A stretch of DNA of 28,840 bases, from the NCBI GenBank assembly GCA_044236265.1, contig JBIIGV010000027.1:1-28840 (forward strand), read 5' to 3'. Positions 8,328-17,387 of this stretch are shown piece by piece (positions within the stretch are counted from its first letter, which is position 1; each line of letters starts with the position of its first letter). A model generated the notes under the pieces. It saw nothing but the letters and a program-made list of their open reading frames with translations, was not told the origin of the DNA and did no database searches. Origin of the DNA: Oligoflexales bacterium. GTDB taxonomy: Bacteria; Bdellovibrionota_B; Oligoflexia; Oligoflexales; RGVZ01. The position numbers were made by a program, and so were the translations under genes.

Positions 8328-9467
8328 GTGAGTTTCTTTCGAAAGTTATTTCGCATAACGGCTAATCATTATGAGCTCAAAGCTTTGGTGAGCTCGCGTA
8401 TTTTAGAATCTGTCGACAGATTTAACGGTGGTTATCATGTCTTCTGCGATTTGGATAAAACCTATCTTGAGACTGAATTTGAATCGTGGATAAAGATGGC
8501 TAAAATTCCTTTCGAAAGTCCCCATGACAAAATTACAGTACCGGGGGCTAGTGAGGTTTTAGAATTGATTCGTTGGGGTGGTGACCCAAGGTCTTGCATT
8601 GCGCCAAGGTCTGCGATTCATTTTGTCAGTTCGTCGCCGCCGCAGTTAAGGCTCGCTCTGGATGGAAAGTTAACCATGGATAATCTTGAATGGTCGTCTG
8701 ACACGTTCAAAAACCAGACGTATAACTTACGAATGGCGCGTATCGATTTGTTACGTCATCACATTGCTTACAAAACAAAAGCTTTGCTTGATATCGCTGC
8801 CAGACTCCCAGCTGAGAGTCGACTGTTGATGTTTGGAGATAACGCGGAGTTTGACGCCTTTATTTACACAGGTGTTAAACTATTCCTTGAACGACGAATT
8901 GATAAGTCTGGTCTTAAGGATTGGTTGCGTGGAGCTAAAGTTGAAGATGCAGTCATTGCGCAAGTTGTGAGAGATGATTTGACTTTGCCAGCCGATCTTT
9001 CTGTGGCTGCAATTTATATCCGGAATGTGCCTGGCTACTCGTCCACTGCAATTTCTAGATTTGACGGAACTTGGTACCAATTTGATAGCTGGCTACAAGT
9101 GGCTTGGTCCCTTATGGGTCTGGGTGTGATAGATCCTGCAGCTTTACCGTCAATTATTCGAGATTTTCACAATTATCACGGATTGCCCATGGCGCATTTG
9201 AGGTGGTGTTTGTATCGCGCGTCGTCAGCCAGTGGTTTGGATCCAAAGCTCAAGGAAGCGACAGAGGCAGCGGTCGAATTTGTTGGGACTATAGGGGCAT
9301 CAGGGCCCTCGCGGAGGATGTGTAGCTGGGATTTCGACTGTGGGAAAATAAGGTCGATGGATATGCTTGGAGGGTTTGATTCCCGGATCGATTCCAGTCA
9401 ATGGTACCAATCTATCGAAGCTGCGCGGATTGAGCGAAAGCGAGGAAAGTCTCGCTCATTTAGATAG
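8328..9467 (+). CDS. HAD-superfamily phosphatase, App1/DUF2183 (phosphatidate phosphatase)-like
   Basis: Motifs DLDKT (DxDxT), HFVSSSP, YK and FGDNAEFD. Confidence 0.75.
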   Translation: MSFFRKLFRITANHYELKALVSSRILESVDRFNGGYHVFCDLDKTYLETEFESWIKMAKIPFESPHDKITVPGASEVLELIRWGGDPRSCIAPRSAIHFVSSSPPQLRLALDGKLTMDNLEWSSDTFKNQTYNLRMARIDLLRHHIAYKTKALLDIAARLPAESRLLMFGDNAEFDAFIYTGVKLFLERRIDKSGLKDWLRGAKVEDAVIAQVVRDDLTLPADLSVAAIYIRNVPGYSSTAISRFDGTWYQFDSWLQVAWSLMGLGVIDPAALPSIIRDFHNYHGLPMAHLRWCLYRASSASGLDPKLKEATEAAVEFVGTIGASGPSRRMCSWDFDCGKIRSMDMLGGFDSRIDSSQWYQSIEAARIERKRGKSRSFR

Positions 9468-9479
9468 CGCTCATCAATA

Positions 9480-10412
9480 CTAGTTGAATAAACTGTTAAG
9501 CAGGGTCACGCTAAGGCTACTTGTGAATCCTGATTGAGCTAGTACAGCGGTTCCAGCTTGCATCAGTACTCGGCTGGATGCCATTCTTGCTACCTCGCTG
9601 GCATAGTCTGTATCCGCAATGGTGCTTCGCGCTGCAGAAAGGTTTTCTGACAGAACGTCTGTATAGTCCAACGCCCGTTGCATTCTTGCTTGCATCCCTC
9701 CGTATACGGCCCTCATGGTCGAAAGAGTTCCGATAGCCTGGTCGTATGCAGTTGCAAAATTTTCGTCAGTTGCTGCCATCAAATCTTTGGCTTCATTCAC
9801 AGAAATGCCTTCGTCCATAGACTGACCTGAAAGAAAGTCGGCAGCGCTTTGCAATCCTAATCCGTTTGGGGTTGCGACTACGTCGCGTAGGCCCTCGAAT
9901 ACGATCGTATTGATATCGTCTTCATTATTAGATGATTCATCCAGAACTGGGTCGCCAACCCTGAATATAAGTCTTTCAGGCGCATCCTCCGAGTCTCCGT
10001 TGAGAATCGGTACGCCGTTAAAAACAGTTGTTTCGGCAACACGTTGGATCTCATCATGTAAGGCTTGATACTCGATAAATAGAAACTTTCTCTCATGATC
10101 ATTTATGGTTGTGTTGGTTGCAGCGACGTTGATTTCCTTCATTCGCATAATCATGTCATTGATTTGCTGCATACTGGAGTCTGCCGTCTGAAGGAGCGAA
10201 ACCGCATCATTGATGTTGCGCTTTGCGGCTGATAACCCGCGAATTTTTTGCGAAAGTCCCTCGGCTAGAGCGCGTTCGGATGGTCTTGGGTCAAGTCTTG
10301 TGAAGACCGAGCCACTGGATAGTTTTTCCATGGCGTCGGAGTTTTCGCGAGTGCTGCGTTCTAAGGCTTTCTCTAAGCGTTGCTGTAATGATTTGTCACC
10401 AATAGATACCAC
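9480..10412 (-). CDS. flagellin-family protein (divergent)
   Basis: EKLSSG, AKRNINDAVSLLQTAD, EIQRVAETTVFNG, RAVYGGMQARM and ENLSAARSTIADTDYASE match flagellin N- and C-terminal helices. GTG start with AGAGGG RBS. Confidence 0.9.
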   Translation of the reverse strand: MVSIGDKSLQQRLEKALERSTRENSDAMEKLSSGSVFTRLDPRPSERALAEGLSQKIRGLSAAKRNINDAVSLLQTADSSMQQINDMIMRMKEINVAATNTTINDHERKFLFIEYQALHDEIQRVAETTVFNGVPILNGDSEDAPERLIFRVGDPVLDESSNNEDDINTIVFEGLRDVVATPNGLGLQSAADFLSGQSMDEGISVNEAKDLMAATDENFATAYDQAIGTLSTMRAVYGGMQARMQRALDYTDVLSENLSAARSTIADTDYASEVARMASSRVLMQAGTAVLAQSGFTSSLSVTLLNSLFN

Positions 10413-10425
10413 GTTGTAGCCCTCT

Positions 10426-12219
10426 TTAACTTGTCTGTTTTATGATGATGTCAAAATTATTCGATGGCTTTATTTTTTTAATTCCATATTCAGATAGTGT
10501 TTCTGCAGACAATTTCAGTTCTCTCGCAGCGCGAAGTATTGAATCGTTGTTGTTGTCCTCGTCAAAAAAATGCAGTGCGGGCGTTTCATCCCTGACGGGT
10601 GTGCGATTCTTGAAGGTGGAGTAAATGTTTTGCGCCACCTTGGCGGTGTTCATTGCGTTGGTTTTTGTTGGTTCAAGTGTTGCTTGTAGCTTGTCAATAC
10701 CGACGGATTGCTGTTGGAGGGATCGGTGTAGGCGGTCAGCATGAACGCTGATGTCTGTGAATTTGTCGAATAATGGAAGATCTAGCTTTAAGAATGAATT
10801 GAGTCGGCTTGAGATGTCTGTGGCTAATTTAAGTGCGCTAGAGGAGTTGTTTCGGGAAGAGTTCAGCCCCTCTTCGAGGGATGAGCAAAGGTTACTCAAC
10901 TTATTCGTCATCTGAGACGAAGCAGCAGTCTGACTGTGAAGAGCTGTAAAGCTAGCTGCAAAATTATTGATATTATCGCCTGCAGTTTCCACCGAGATCG
11001 CGGCTACGTTCAGCTGGGTCTCGACTTGGTGCGCACCTGTCTGGATTGCGATTAGAAGCTCGGCGATGTTTCTCGTTGCATGAGATGACTTAAGGGCTAA
11101 TTGGCGAATTTCTTCGGCTACAATTGCGAATCCTTGTCCCTCCTCTCCAGCGCGCGATGCCTCGATAGATGCATTGATTGCAAGCAAATTTGTTTGCTCC
11201 GTGATGTCGTCTATGGTTTCTATTACTACCTCAACATCCTTGGCTCGCTGTGAGAGTGCAGCGATTGGGATTACTGTTTCTTTCATTTCGTTTCGGCATG
11301 ATTCTAGTTTGCTCTGTGCCTCTCGGAACTGGTTTTGGAACACTTGTAGCCTGTTTGAGTGTTGCGCGAGATTGGTATTGAATTGTTTGACTCCATCACT
11401 TATCTCGGTGCAGGATTTGAAGCTGTCATTTGTTGTCTCGGAAAATTGAGTTACTCGTTTGACCAAGTCGAGGCATTGACTGCCAAGATCTGCGAGGCTA
11501 AATTTTACAGTTCGTAATTGATTGGTGAGCAGGTTCAATTCAATTTTTGATTGCTGGCTTGTCTGGCTTTCCCGCTTGAGGTTTTTCGAGAGCTCGTCTA
11601 GCATGCTTTGAGCATCTGCCATGCTCTGGGCCAAGTCTTGAGCAGATGTGAAAATAAGATGCGTCTGTGCCTCAATAGAATGATCTTTTCCAATTATATC
11701 TTTGCCTTCGAGCTTAGAGCGGTCATGCTCTTGGTTTGTCAGCTTTCGTTGCTGGATTTTCTCCAAATGACTGGCCGCTTTATGTATTTCATCGATGAGC
11801 TCTTTTGCCATTGGGTCAAGGTTTATCGTGGCGTTCTCCGCAAAGGTTTCACCGACCGGGTCCAAATCTGATTCGTTTACTCGTGTTGACAGATGTCGGC
11901 GTAGCGTTATCACCCAGGATGCGATAACGGCGAAGGTTAATATCTGCAGCAGTATTGAAAGATGAAACCAGTCACGCTTTACTAGTATGTGATTACCTTG
12001 AAGTGATCCGATTTCATCGGCAGTTTTGTAAAGACTGTCGATGCCAACCACCTTATATGATGATGGAACAGACTTTAGGCGCTCTTCCAGATTTTTTAAC
12101 TCCTGTGTCGAGTTCATGACCGATCCGCTTCTGCTTATAACGTCAATGTTGATCCACATTGTTGCAGCTGTGATCAAAACACTAAAAATAATGAGGAGAT
12201 GGTGTCGCAAATCTTTCAT
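10426..12219 (-). CDS. methyl-accepting chemotaxis protein
   Basis: Two TM segments and the signalling hairpin [40 protein letters not shown]. Confidence 0.9.
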   Translation of the reverse strand: MKDLRHHLLIIFSVLITAATMWINIDVISRSGSVMNSTQELKNLEERLKSVPSSYKVVGIDSLYKTADEIGSLQGNHILVKRDWFHLSILLQILTFAVIASWVITLRRHLSTRVNESDLDPVGETFAENATINLDPMAKELIDEIHKAASHLEKIQQRKLTNQEHDRSKLEGKDIIGKDHSIEAQTHLIFTSAQDLAQSMADAQSMLDELSKNLKRESQTSQQSKIELNLLTNQLRTVKFSLADLGSQCLDLVKRVTQFSETTNDSFKSCTEISDGVKQFNTNLAQHSNRLQVFQNQFREAQSKLESCRNEMKETVIPIAALSQRAKDVEVVIETIDDITEQTNLLAINASIEASRAGEEGQGFAIVAEEIRQLALKSSHATRNIAELLIAIQTGAHQVETQLNVAAISVETAGDNINNFAASFTALHSQTAASSQMTNKLSNLCSSLEEGLNSSRNNSSSALKLATDISSRLNSFLKLDLPLFDKFTDISVHADRLHRSLQQQSVGIDKLQATLEPTKTNAMNTAKVAQNIYSTFKNRTPVRDETPALHFFDEDNNNDSILRAARELKLSAETLSEYGIKKIKPSNNFDIIIKQTS

Positions 12220-12286
12220 ACTGGTCCTTTGAATGGCTGCATGCCGATTAAGGATTTTCCATTTTTCGCCAACTCTGGTGACTAGG

Positions 12287-12314
12287 GATTCGGAAGGCCT
12301 TGATGAAAAGTTTA
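12287..12314 (-). promoter_or_regulatory. putative sigma28 (FliA) promoter for MCP-flagellin operon
   Basis: Minus strand TAAACTTT-N12-TCCGAATC, ~70 nt upstream of the MCP ATG. The context fits a late flagellar gene. Confidence 0.55.
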
Positions 12315-12420
12315 GATTCAGCGCATCAATGTCAGCGCTTCAGGTTTGTAATCGTATGAAATCTAGATTTGATTTGTCGTTTATTGGGATTAGCTCAATA
12401 ACGATGGGCTTTTGCGAAAT

Positions 12421-12453
12421 AAAAACCCCCGCGGCCTTTGCCACGAGGGTTTT
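12421..12453 (-). terminator. rho-independent terminator (minus strand)
   Basis: CCCUCGUGGC-AAAG-GCCGCGGGGG followed by UUUUUAUUU. The two G-U pairs become C-A mismatches on the plus strand, so it is strand-specific. Confidence 0.8.
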
Positions 12454-12558
12454 GTTAGGAGGTGCATACGTCAGCCGGAACAAGGAACAGTTGCAGCGAC
12501 GGTCATGCAAAATTGTATAGGTTCCAAACGCGAGTGGTTAAAAAATAACCACCTGAGC
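12421..12558 (-). ncRNA. candidate ~140-nt small RNA
   Basis: Bounded by a promoter (12564-12592) and a terminator. Contains three hairpins and an anti-SD tract CACCUCCUAA. No SD-led ORF inside. Confidence 0.55.
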
Positions 12559-12563
12559 GCTAT

Positions 12564-12592
12564 ATAGTACAAAGGGCAAACGGCGGTGTCCG
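12564..12592 (-). promoter_or_regulatory. putative sigma70 promoter of the candidate sRNA
   Basis: Minus strand CGGACA-N17-TACTAT with an upstream A-tract (AACAAAAAATT, UP-element-like). Confidence 0.5.
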
Positions 12593-12753
12593 CTAATTTT
12601 TTGTTAAGACTCAACCGATCTGGGGCTAAATACCCGTAAGAACAGCCTAGTTTATGATTATTTTTTTGGCGACTCTTGCCTTTGAATAGGCTAATACAGG
12701 GCGCTGTGCGAGGCACAATTTAAACTTTTTGGGCATCGGGAGATCTCTTAACC

Positions 12754-14124
12754 ATGAAGAAAAATGCCCAAGCAAATCGCCCAACGGCGGTGTTAGTGGC
12801 TGTTCAGCTACCTGACGTCAGTGATCATGCCGTCCAAGAGTCGACCGCGGAGTTAAAGCGACTCGTGGAGACTTTAGGCTTTGATGTTGTTGCTCGCGTT
12901 ATTCAAAAACGCAAGTCTGTCGCCGGCGCTACGATCATCGGAGAAGGAAAGCTTCTGGAAATTGCCAAACTGACCGGCGGTGAGGGCATTGTTAAGGGTT
13001 TTTCAAAACACACGAGTGCCATTGGGGTCAACGAAGATGTCGACTGGTCTGAGGATGATGAGCCGATTCAGTCAGATCGCACTGATTTGAAGACAAAGGC
13101 ATCTTTGGTTGTGTTTGATCATGAGTTAACACCCACTCAGGCAAAAAACTTGGAGGAGGCGCTGGGCGTCCAGATTATGGATAGAACTGGCGTGATTGTA
13201 GAGATTTTTCATAGGCATGCAAAAACTCCAGCCGCTAAGGCGCAAGTGGAAATTGCCAGGCTCACATACCTAACGCCACGAATACGAGCCTCAACTGGAG
13301 GCGACCGGCAAGGGGGCGGAATCGGTGCAAAAGGAGCCGGAGAGACTCAGCATGAGTTGGATAGACGGCGAATAAGAGATCGAATTGCCGAGTTAAAGCA
13401 GGAACTCGAGTTAATTCATCGAGAAGAGGCTCTGAGGCGTGAACGTCGTAAATCGCATATGAAGGTTGCTCTCGTTGGTTATACTAATGCCGGGAAATCC
13501 TCGCTGATGAGGGCGCTAACAGGTAGCCAGGTTCTCGTTGCAGATAAGTTATTCGCTACGCTAGATACGACGGTACGGTCAATTCACCCTGAGACCAAGC
13601 CAAAAATTCTGATAACGGACACGGTTGGGTTTATAAATAAGCTCCCCCATGACCTTGTGGCATCATTTCGATCAACACTTGATGAAGCCATGGACGCCAC
13701 GCTTATACTGTTAATCGCTGATGCATCAGATCCTTCTGTGAGGTCGCAAATAGATACCACGCGAAGGGTTTTAGCGGAGATCGATGCGGCCGATCACGAT
13801 TTAATTCTTGTCTTGAATAAGGTTGATTTGTTGTCCGAGCTTGATAAAGCAATGATGCGCAAAGAGTTTCCCGATGCCGTTTTCTTATCGACTAGAGATG
13901 AGTCCTCCGTTGAAGGATTAAAGAGCATTTGCATATCGTTTTTTGAACGCGCAATGATCGATGCGACTATTGAAATTCCATATTCAAGCGGTGCAGCCCT
14001 TGCGGAGGCCCACAACAGCCTCAGAGTTCTTGAGGAGAACCATACCGAGTCTGGTATTACTCTCAAAGTGCGCGGATTTCCGCAGGATGTACAGAGGTTG
14101 AAAAAGAGCCATGGCATTAAATAA
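12754..14124 (+). CDS. hflX: ribosome-splitting GTPase HflX
   Basis: Motifs IGEGKL, DRTGVIVEIF, QVEIARLTYLTPR, GAGET..ELDRRRI, VGYTNAGKSS, DKLFATLD, DTVGFI, LPHDLVASFRSTL and NKVD. Confidence 0.96.
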   Translation: MKKNAQANRPTAVLVAVQLPDVSDHAVQESTAELKRLVETLGFDVVARVIQKRKSVAGATIIGEGKLLEIAKLTGGEGIVKGFSKHTSAIGVNEDVDWSEDDEPIQSDRTDLKTKASLVVFDHELTPTQAKNLEEALGVQIMDRTGVIVEIFHRHAKTPAAKAQVEIARLTYLTPRIRASTGGDRQGGGIGAKGAGETQHELDRRRIRDRIAELKQELELIHREEALRRERRKSHMKVALVGYTNAGKSSLMRALTGSQVLVADKLFATLDTTVRSIHPETKPKILITDTVGFINKLPHDLVASFRSTLDEAMDATLILLIADASDPSVRSQIDTTRRVLAEIDAADHDLILVLNKVDLLSELDKAMMRKEFPDAVFLSTRDESSVEGLKSICISFFERAMIDATIEIPYSSGAALAEAHNSLRVLEENHTESGITLKVRGFPQDVQRLKKSHGIK

Positions 14125-14193
14125 GGTGTGTGGTAGAAGGTTTTAGGCTCGCGTATCGCGAGTTGTAAACGTTTTCGGTGGGGAGGGGTGAGT

Positions 14194-14559
14194 ATGTGGC
14201 CTTATTTGGTCCATTGGTTTATCGCAAGTTTAGCGCTAATTATGACGGCATACTTCGTTCCCGGCTTTAAAGTACATGGTTTTATATCCGCTTTAATTGC
14301 CTCTGCAGTCGTTGGATTTGTGAATATTTTTATTTGGCCAATTCTAGCAATCCTGACGCTGCCCTTAACTTTGCTGACCTTTGGTCTGTTTCTTTTCGTG
14401 GTCAACGGAATATCGCTTAAGATAGCTGCTGCATTGTCCCCTGGTTTTGAAATTAAAGGGCTCTGGCCGGCAGTGGTTGGGTCTATTGTTTTAACGATTA
14501 TTGGCTGGCTTATGCGGTATGTTATTTTCACTCATCCCAGCGACGCTGTGATGGGCTGA
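14194..14559 (+). CDS. 4-TM membrane protein, DUF360/YvlD ('phage holin family')
   Basis: VPGFKV, VNIFIWPIL, LTLPLTLLTFGLFLFVVN and GFEIKG..AVVGS. GGAGG spacing favours ATG 14194 over GTG 14188. Confidence 0.88.
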   Translation: MWPYLVHWFIASLALIMTAYFVPGFKVHGFISALIASAVVGFVNIFIWPILAILTLPLTLLTFGLFLFVVNGISLKIAAALSPGFEIKGLWPAVVGSIVLTIIGWLMRYVIFTHPSDAVMG

Positions 14560-17204
14560 CGTTTTCCGACCAAATGTTGGAATAGTCTCTCTGCTTCCGT
14601 AAATATCAAGATACATGCTGCAAGCCCGATGCAAAGTGCCATTTGCTCTGGTGTTAAAGGGCATGTGCCAAAAAGCGTGTTTAGCTTGGGGTTGTATATC
14701 GCAAAAACCTGAATGCCAAACGTCAGGAACACGGCCACTGTCAATTGTTTGTTGCTTAAAATATCTCGCCTGAAAATGGATTCGCTCTCGGATCGAATTG
14801 CTAAAATATGAATCAATTGGCCTGATGTTAGAACCATGAATGCCATTGTTTGTCCGTTAGTTATGGATACGACTGAGCCTAGCTTAAAGGCGAAAAGTGT
14901 CAAAGCACCGAGAGCCATGCCAATGATAAGAGAGTGCTGCCATAGTCCTCGCGCAAAAACAGATTCTGAAGGTGGACGCGGTGGTCGGGTCATCGTGCCT
15001 TTTTCTGAAGGCTCTGCCGCTAAAGCCATTCCTGGCAATCCGTCAGTGAGCAAGTTTACAAACAGAATTTGAATTGGCAGGAGTGGAAGAGGAAGGCCAA
15101 TGATCTGGGCAATTAATAGTGTCCAAATTTCCCCTGAGTTTCCGGTTAAGACATAGCGAATGAATTTTCGGATGTTATCAAAAATCCTTCGTCCCTCCGT
15201 AACAGCATGAACAATCGTAGAAAAATTGTCGTCCAGAAGTATCATTTGCGCCGACTCACGCGCCACGTCGGTGCCTCCTTTTCCCATGGCTACTCCGATG
15301 TCAGCTCGCTTCAGGGCGGGTGCGTCGTTAACGCCGTCTCCAGTCATGGCAACGAACTCTCCGGCAGCCTGCAAGGCGGTAACGATTCGTATTTTATCCT
15401 CCGGTGCAACTCTGGCATAAATTCGGATGTTTTTGACAATTTTCTGAAAATCAAAATCAGATAATCCGCGTAATTGTTTGCCAGTTAGGATGAGCGTGTT
15501 TAGTGACTCATCTGTTTGATTATTTGCAATGATGCCGATCTTTTTCGCTATTGAAACTGCCGTGATGGGGTGATCTCCTGTGATCATCACAACTTGTATG
15601 CTTGCGGTGTGACAGGCCGCAATAGATTCCTTGACTTGGGCTCGCGGCGAATCTTCCAGTCCAATAAGGCCAAGAAAAGTTAGTTCGGTCTCATCATTTG
15701 GGTCTATGGTTATCTTGTCTGCCGGGAGGTTTTCTTTCATGGCGCAAGCAATAATACGTTTCCCTTGCGATGCAAGCTCACTAGCAAGCTTAAGTGCTTG
15801 TGGTCGGTCTATTGGCTGCCTTTGTTCACCTGTAAGTTGATCAGCACATCGATTAATTATGACCTCGGGGGCGCCCTTCAAAAACAATTTTGTACCAGTG
15901 TCGTTTGCGTGTAAGGTCGACATCATCATTCGCTCAGATGAGAAAGGTATTTCCGCCTTTCTAGCAAATTTCTCAATTAGTTTTACTCGTTCAACACCCA
16001 GAGCGGATGCTCCCTCGAGTAAGGCCACTTCCAAGGGGTCTCCTGATGAAGGGGCGCCGTCCTCAACGGTCGCATCATTATTCAAGGCGATAACTTGTAG
16101 CAGTGTTTCATATCGAGCAGGGTTTTTCTTTGCATCTTTAATTGAGCAAGAAGAATGCTCGACTGCGATTGATGTCAGCCGAAGTTTATTTTCAGTTAGG
16201 GTGCCGGTTTTATCAGTGCAGATGAATGTTACAGAGCCTAGCGTCTCAACTGCATGGAGCTTTCGGGTTAGTGCTTGATGCTTCGCCATGGATTTGGCAC
16301 CCAAAGACAACAATACGGTTGTGACTGCCGGCAATGCCTCGGGGATCGCTGCTACTGCTAAGCTCAATGAGACCATAAAAATCGAAAGTGGATTTGCCCC
16401 TCTAATTAGGCCTGAAATAAATATAATTATGCATAGTCCGACGACTGCTAAGGCTAATTTTTGACTGAATTTTGCAAGACGGGCTTGTAGTGGAGTGGGG
16501 CGTGTGTTTTGGTTGTTAAGGAGGCCAGCAATCCTGCCAACTTCTGTGCTCATACCTGTCGAAAATACGAGTCCAGTGCCGCGCCCCCGTGTGACAGTTG
16601 TTCCGTTGAAAGCAATATTTGACATCTGCGAAACTTCGACGGACTGATCATAATGAGGATTGTGACTTTTCCTGTTAGGGTACGATTCTCCGGTCAGCAT
16701 AGATTCATCAATTTCAAGGTCAACGATATCGAGTAAGCGAACATCAGCTGGAATCTTGTCACCTGCTTGAAACGAAACGATATCTCCTGGTACCAAATCT
16801 TCGGCGGGGACGGTTATCCATGTACCGTCGCGCAGAACTCTCGACTGGACGATAGTTAGTTTTCGTAGTGCGGCCATAGCGCGTTCGGCTCGGTATTCCT
16901 GTGAAAAGCCTAGCCCACCATTGATGGCAATAATTGCAAGGATGACGAGAGAGTCCTCCATCTCCCCAATAACGCCGGAGATGGTTGCGGCAATTAATAG
17001 CACGATAATTGGCAACGTGCTGAACTGATGGAGTAAAATCTTGTATAAGCTTGGTTTCCCAAAGTCGGTGAGGCAATTGAGCCCATATGCTTTACGAAGC
17101 TCAGTGACCTCAGACAAGAGCAAGCCTTTACCTGGCGTGGTATTCAAGGACTTAAATGCCTCTTCAATTGACAGTTGGCAGAGTTGTTGAGCGTTAAAGG
17201 GCAT
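14532..17204 (-). CDS. cation-transporting P-type ATPase, type IIA-like (probably Ca2+)
   Basis: Motifs DESMLTGES, AIPEALP, ICTDKTGTLT, KGAPE, MITGDH, TGDGVNDAPALK and QILFVNLLTDG. Confidence 0.95.
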   Translation of the reverse strand: MPFNAQQLCQLSIEEAFKSLNTTPGKGLLLSEVTELRKAYGLNCLTDFGKPSLYKILLHQFSTLPIIVLLIAATISGVIGEMEDSLVILAIIAINGGLGFSQEYRAERAMAALRKLTIVQSRVLRDGTWITVPAEDLVPGDIVSFQAGDKIPADVRLLDIVDLEIDESMLTGESYPNRKSHNPHYDQSVEVSQMSNIAFNGTTVTRGRGTGLVFSTGMSTEVGRIAGLLNNQNTRPTPLQARLAKFSQKLALAVVGLCIIIFISGLIRGANPLSIFMVSLSLAVAAIPEALPAVTTVLLSLGAKSMAKHQALTRKLHAVETLGSVTFICTDKTGTLTENKLRLTSIAVEHSSCSIKDAKKNPARYETLLQVIALNNDATVEDGAPSSGDPLEVALLEGASALGVERVKLIEKFARKAEIPFSSERMMMSTLHANDTGTKLFLKGAPEVIINRCADQLTGEQRQPIDRPQALKLASELASQGKRIIACAMKENLPADKITIDPNDETELTFLGLIGLEDSPRAQVKESIAACHTASIQVVMITGDHPITAVSIAKKIGIIANNQTDESLNTLILTGKQLRGLSDFDFQKIVKNIRIYARVAPEDKIRIVTALQAAGEFVAMTGDGVNDAPALKRADIGVAMGKGGTDVARESAQMILLDDNFSTIVHAVTEGRRIFDNIRKFIRYVLTGNSGEIWTLLIAQIIGLPLPLLPIQILFVNLLTDGLPGMALAAEPSEKGTMTRPPRPPSESVFARGLWQHSLIIGMALGALTLFAFKLGSVVSITNGQTMAFMVLTSGQLIHILAIRSESESIFRRDILSNKQLTVAVFLTFGIQVFAIYNPKLNTLFGTCPLTPEQMALCIGLAACILIFTEAERLFQHLVGKRQPITASLG

Positions 17205-17387
17205 GGGGTTCTAATGGGCTTAAGGGAGTCATGAATCAGCGAGCTCAGGGACTCTATCATCTAACAAACGCCATGTCCCTAAGGCTTTTTGTCTGCGTAG
17301 GACGGAGGGTTGTTTTTGCCCATCTCTTGGCGACGGCTTCCGAGGGTATAATATGGGAGGTGGTAATTGTCTGATCAGGGAGGGATT

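Noticed and set aside
12455..12465. TTAGGAGGTG as a plus-strand RBS
   Set aside because: There is no ATG/GTG/TTG at a usable spacing downstream, so it is interpreted as a minus-strand anti-SD.
12469..12497. TCAGCCGGAACAAGGAACAGTTGCAGC resembling SRP RNA domain IV
   Set aside because: It does not match the CAGG..CCGGAAGGAAGCAGC spacing, and the terminator polarity indicates the opposite strand.
12570..12605. AAGGGCAAAC plus a short stem, resembling the start of a c-di-GMP-I riboswitch
   Set aside because: There is no GNRA loop and no GACGCAAAGC/P3 segment after it. The sequence is better explained as the spacer of the minus-strand promoter.
12233..12716. ORF-track entries 12233..12520 (+) and 12471..12716 (-)
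   Set aside because: No RBS or protein-like motifs, and they run across promoter and terminator elements.
14188..14559. 'Phage holin family' gene as evidence of a prophage
   Set aside because: DUF360/YvlD proteins are common chromosomal genes, and there are no integrase, endolysin or structural genes nearby.
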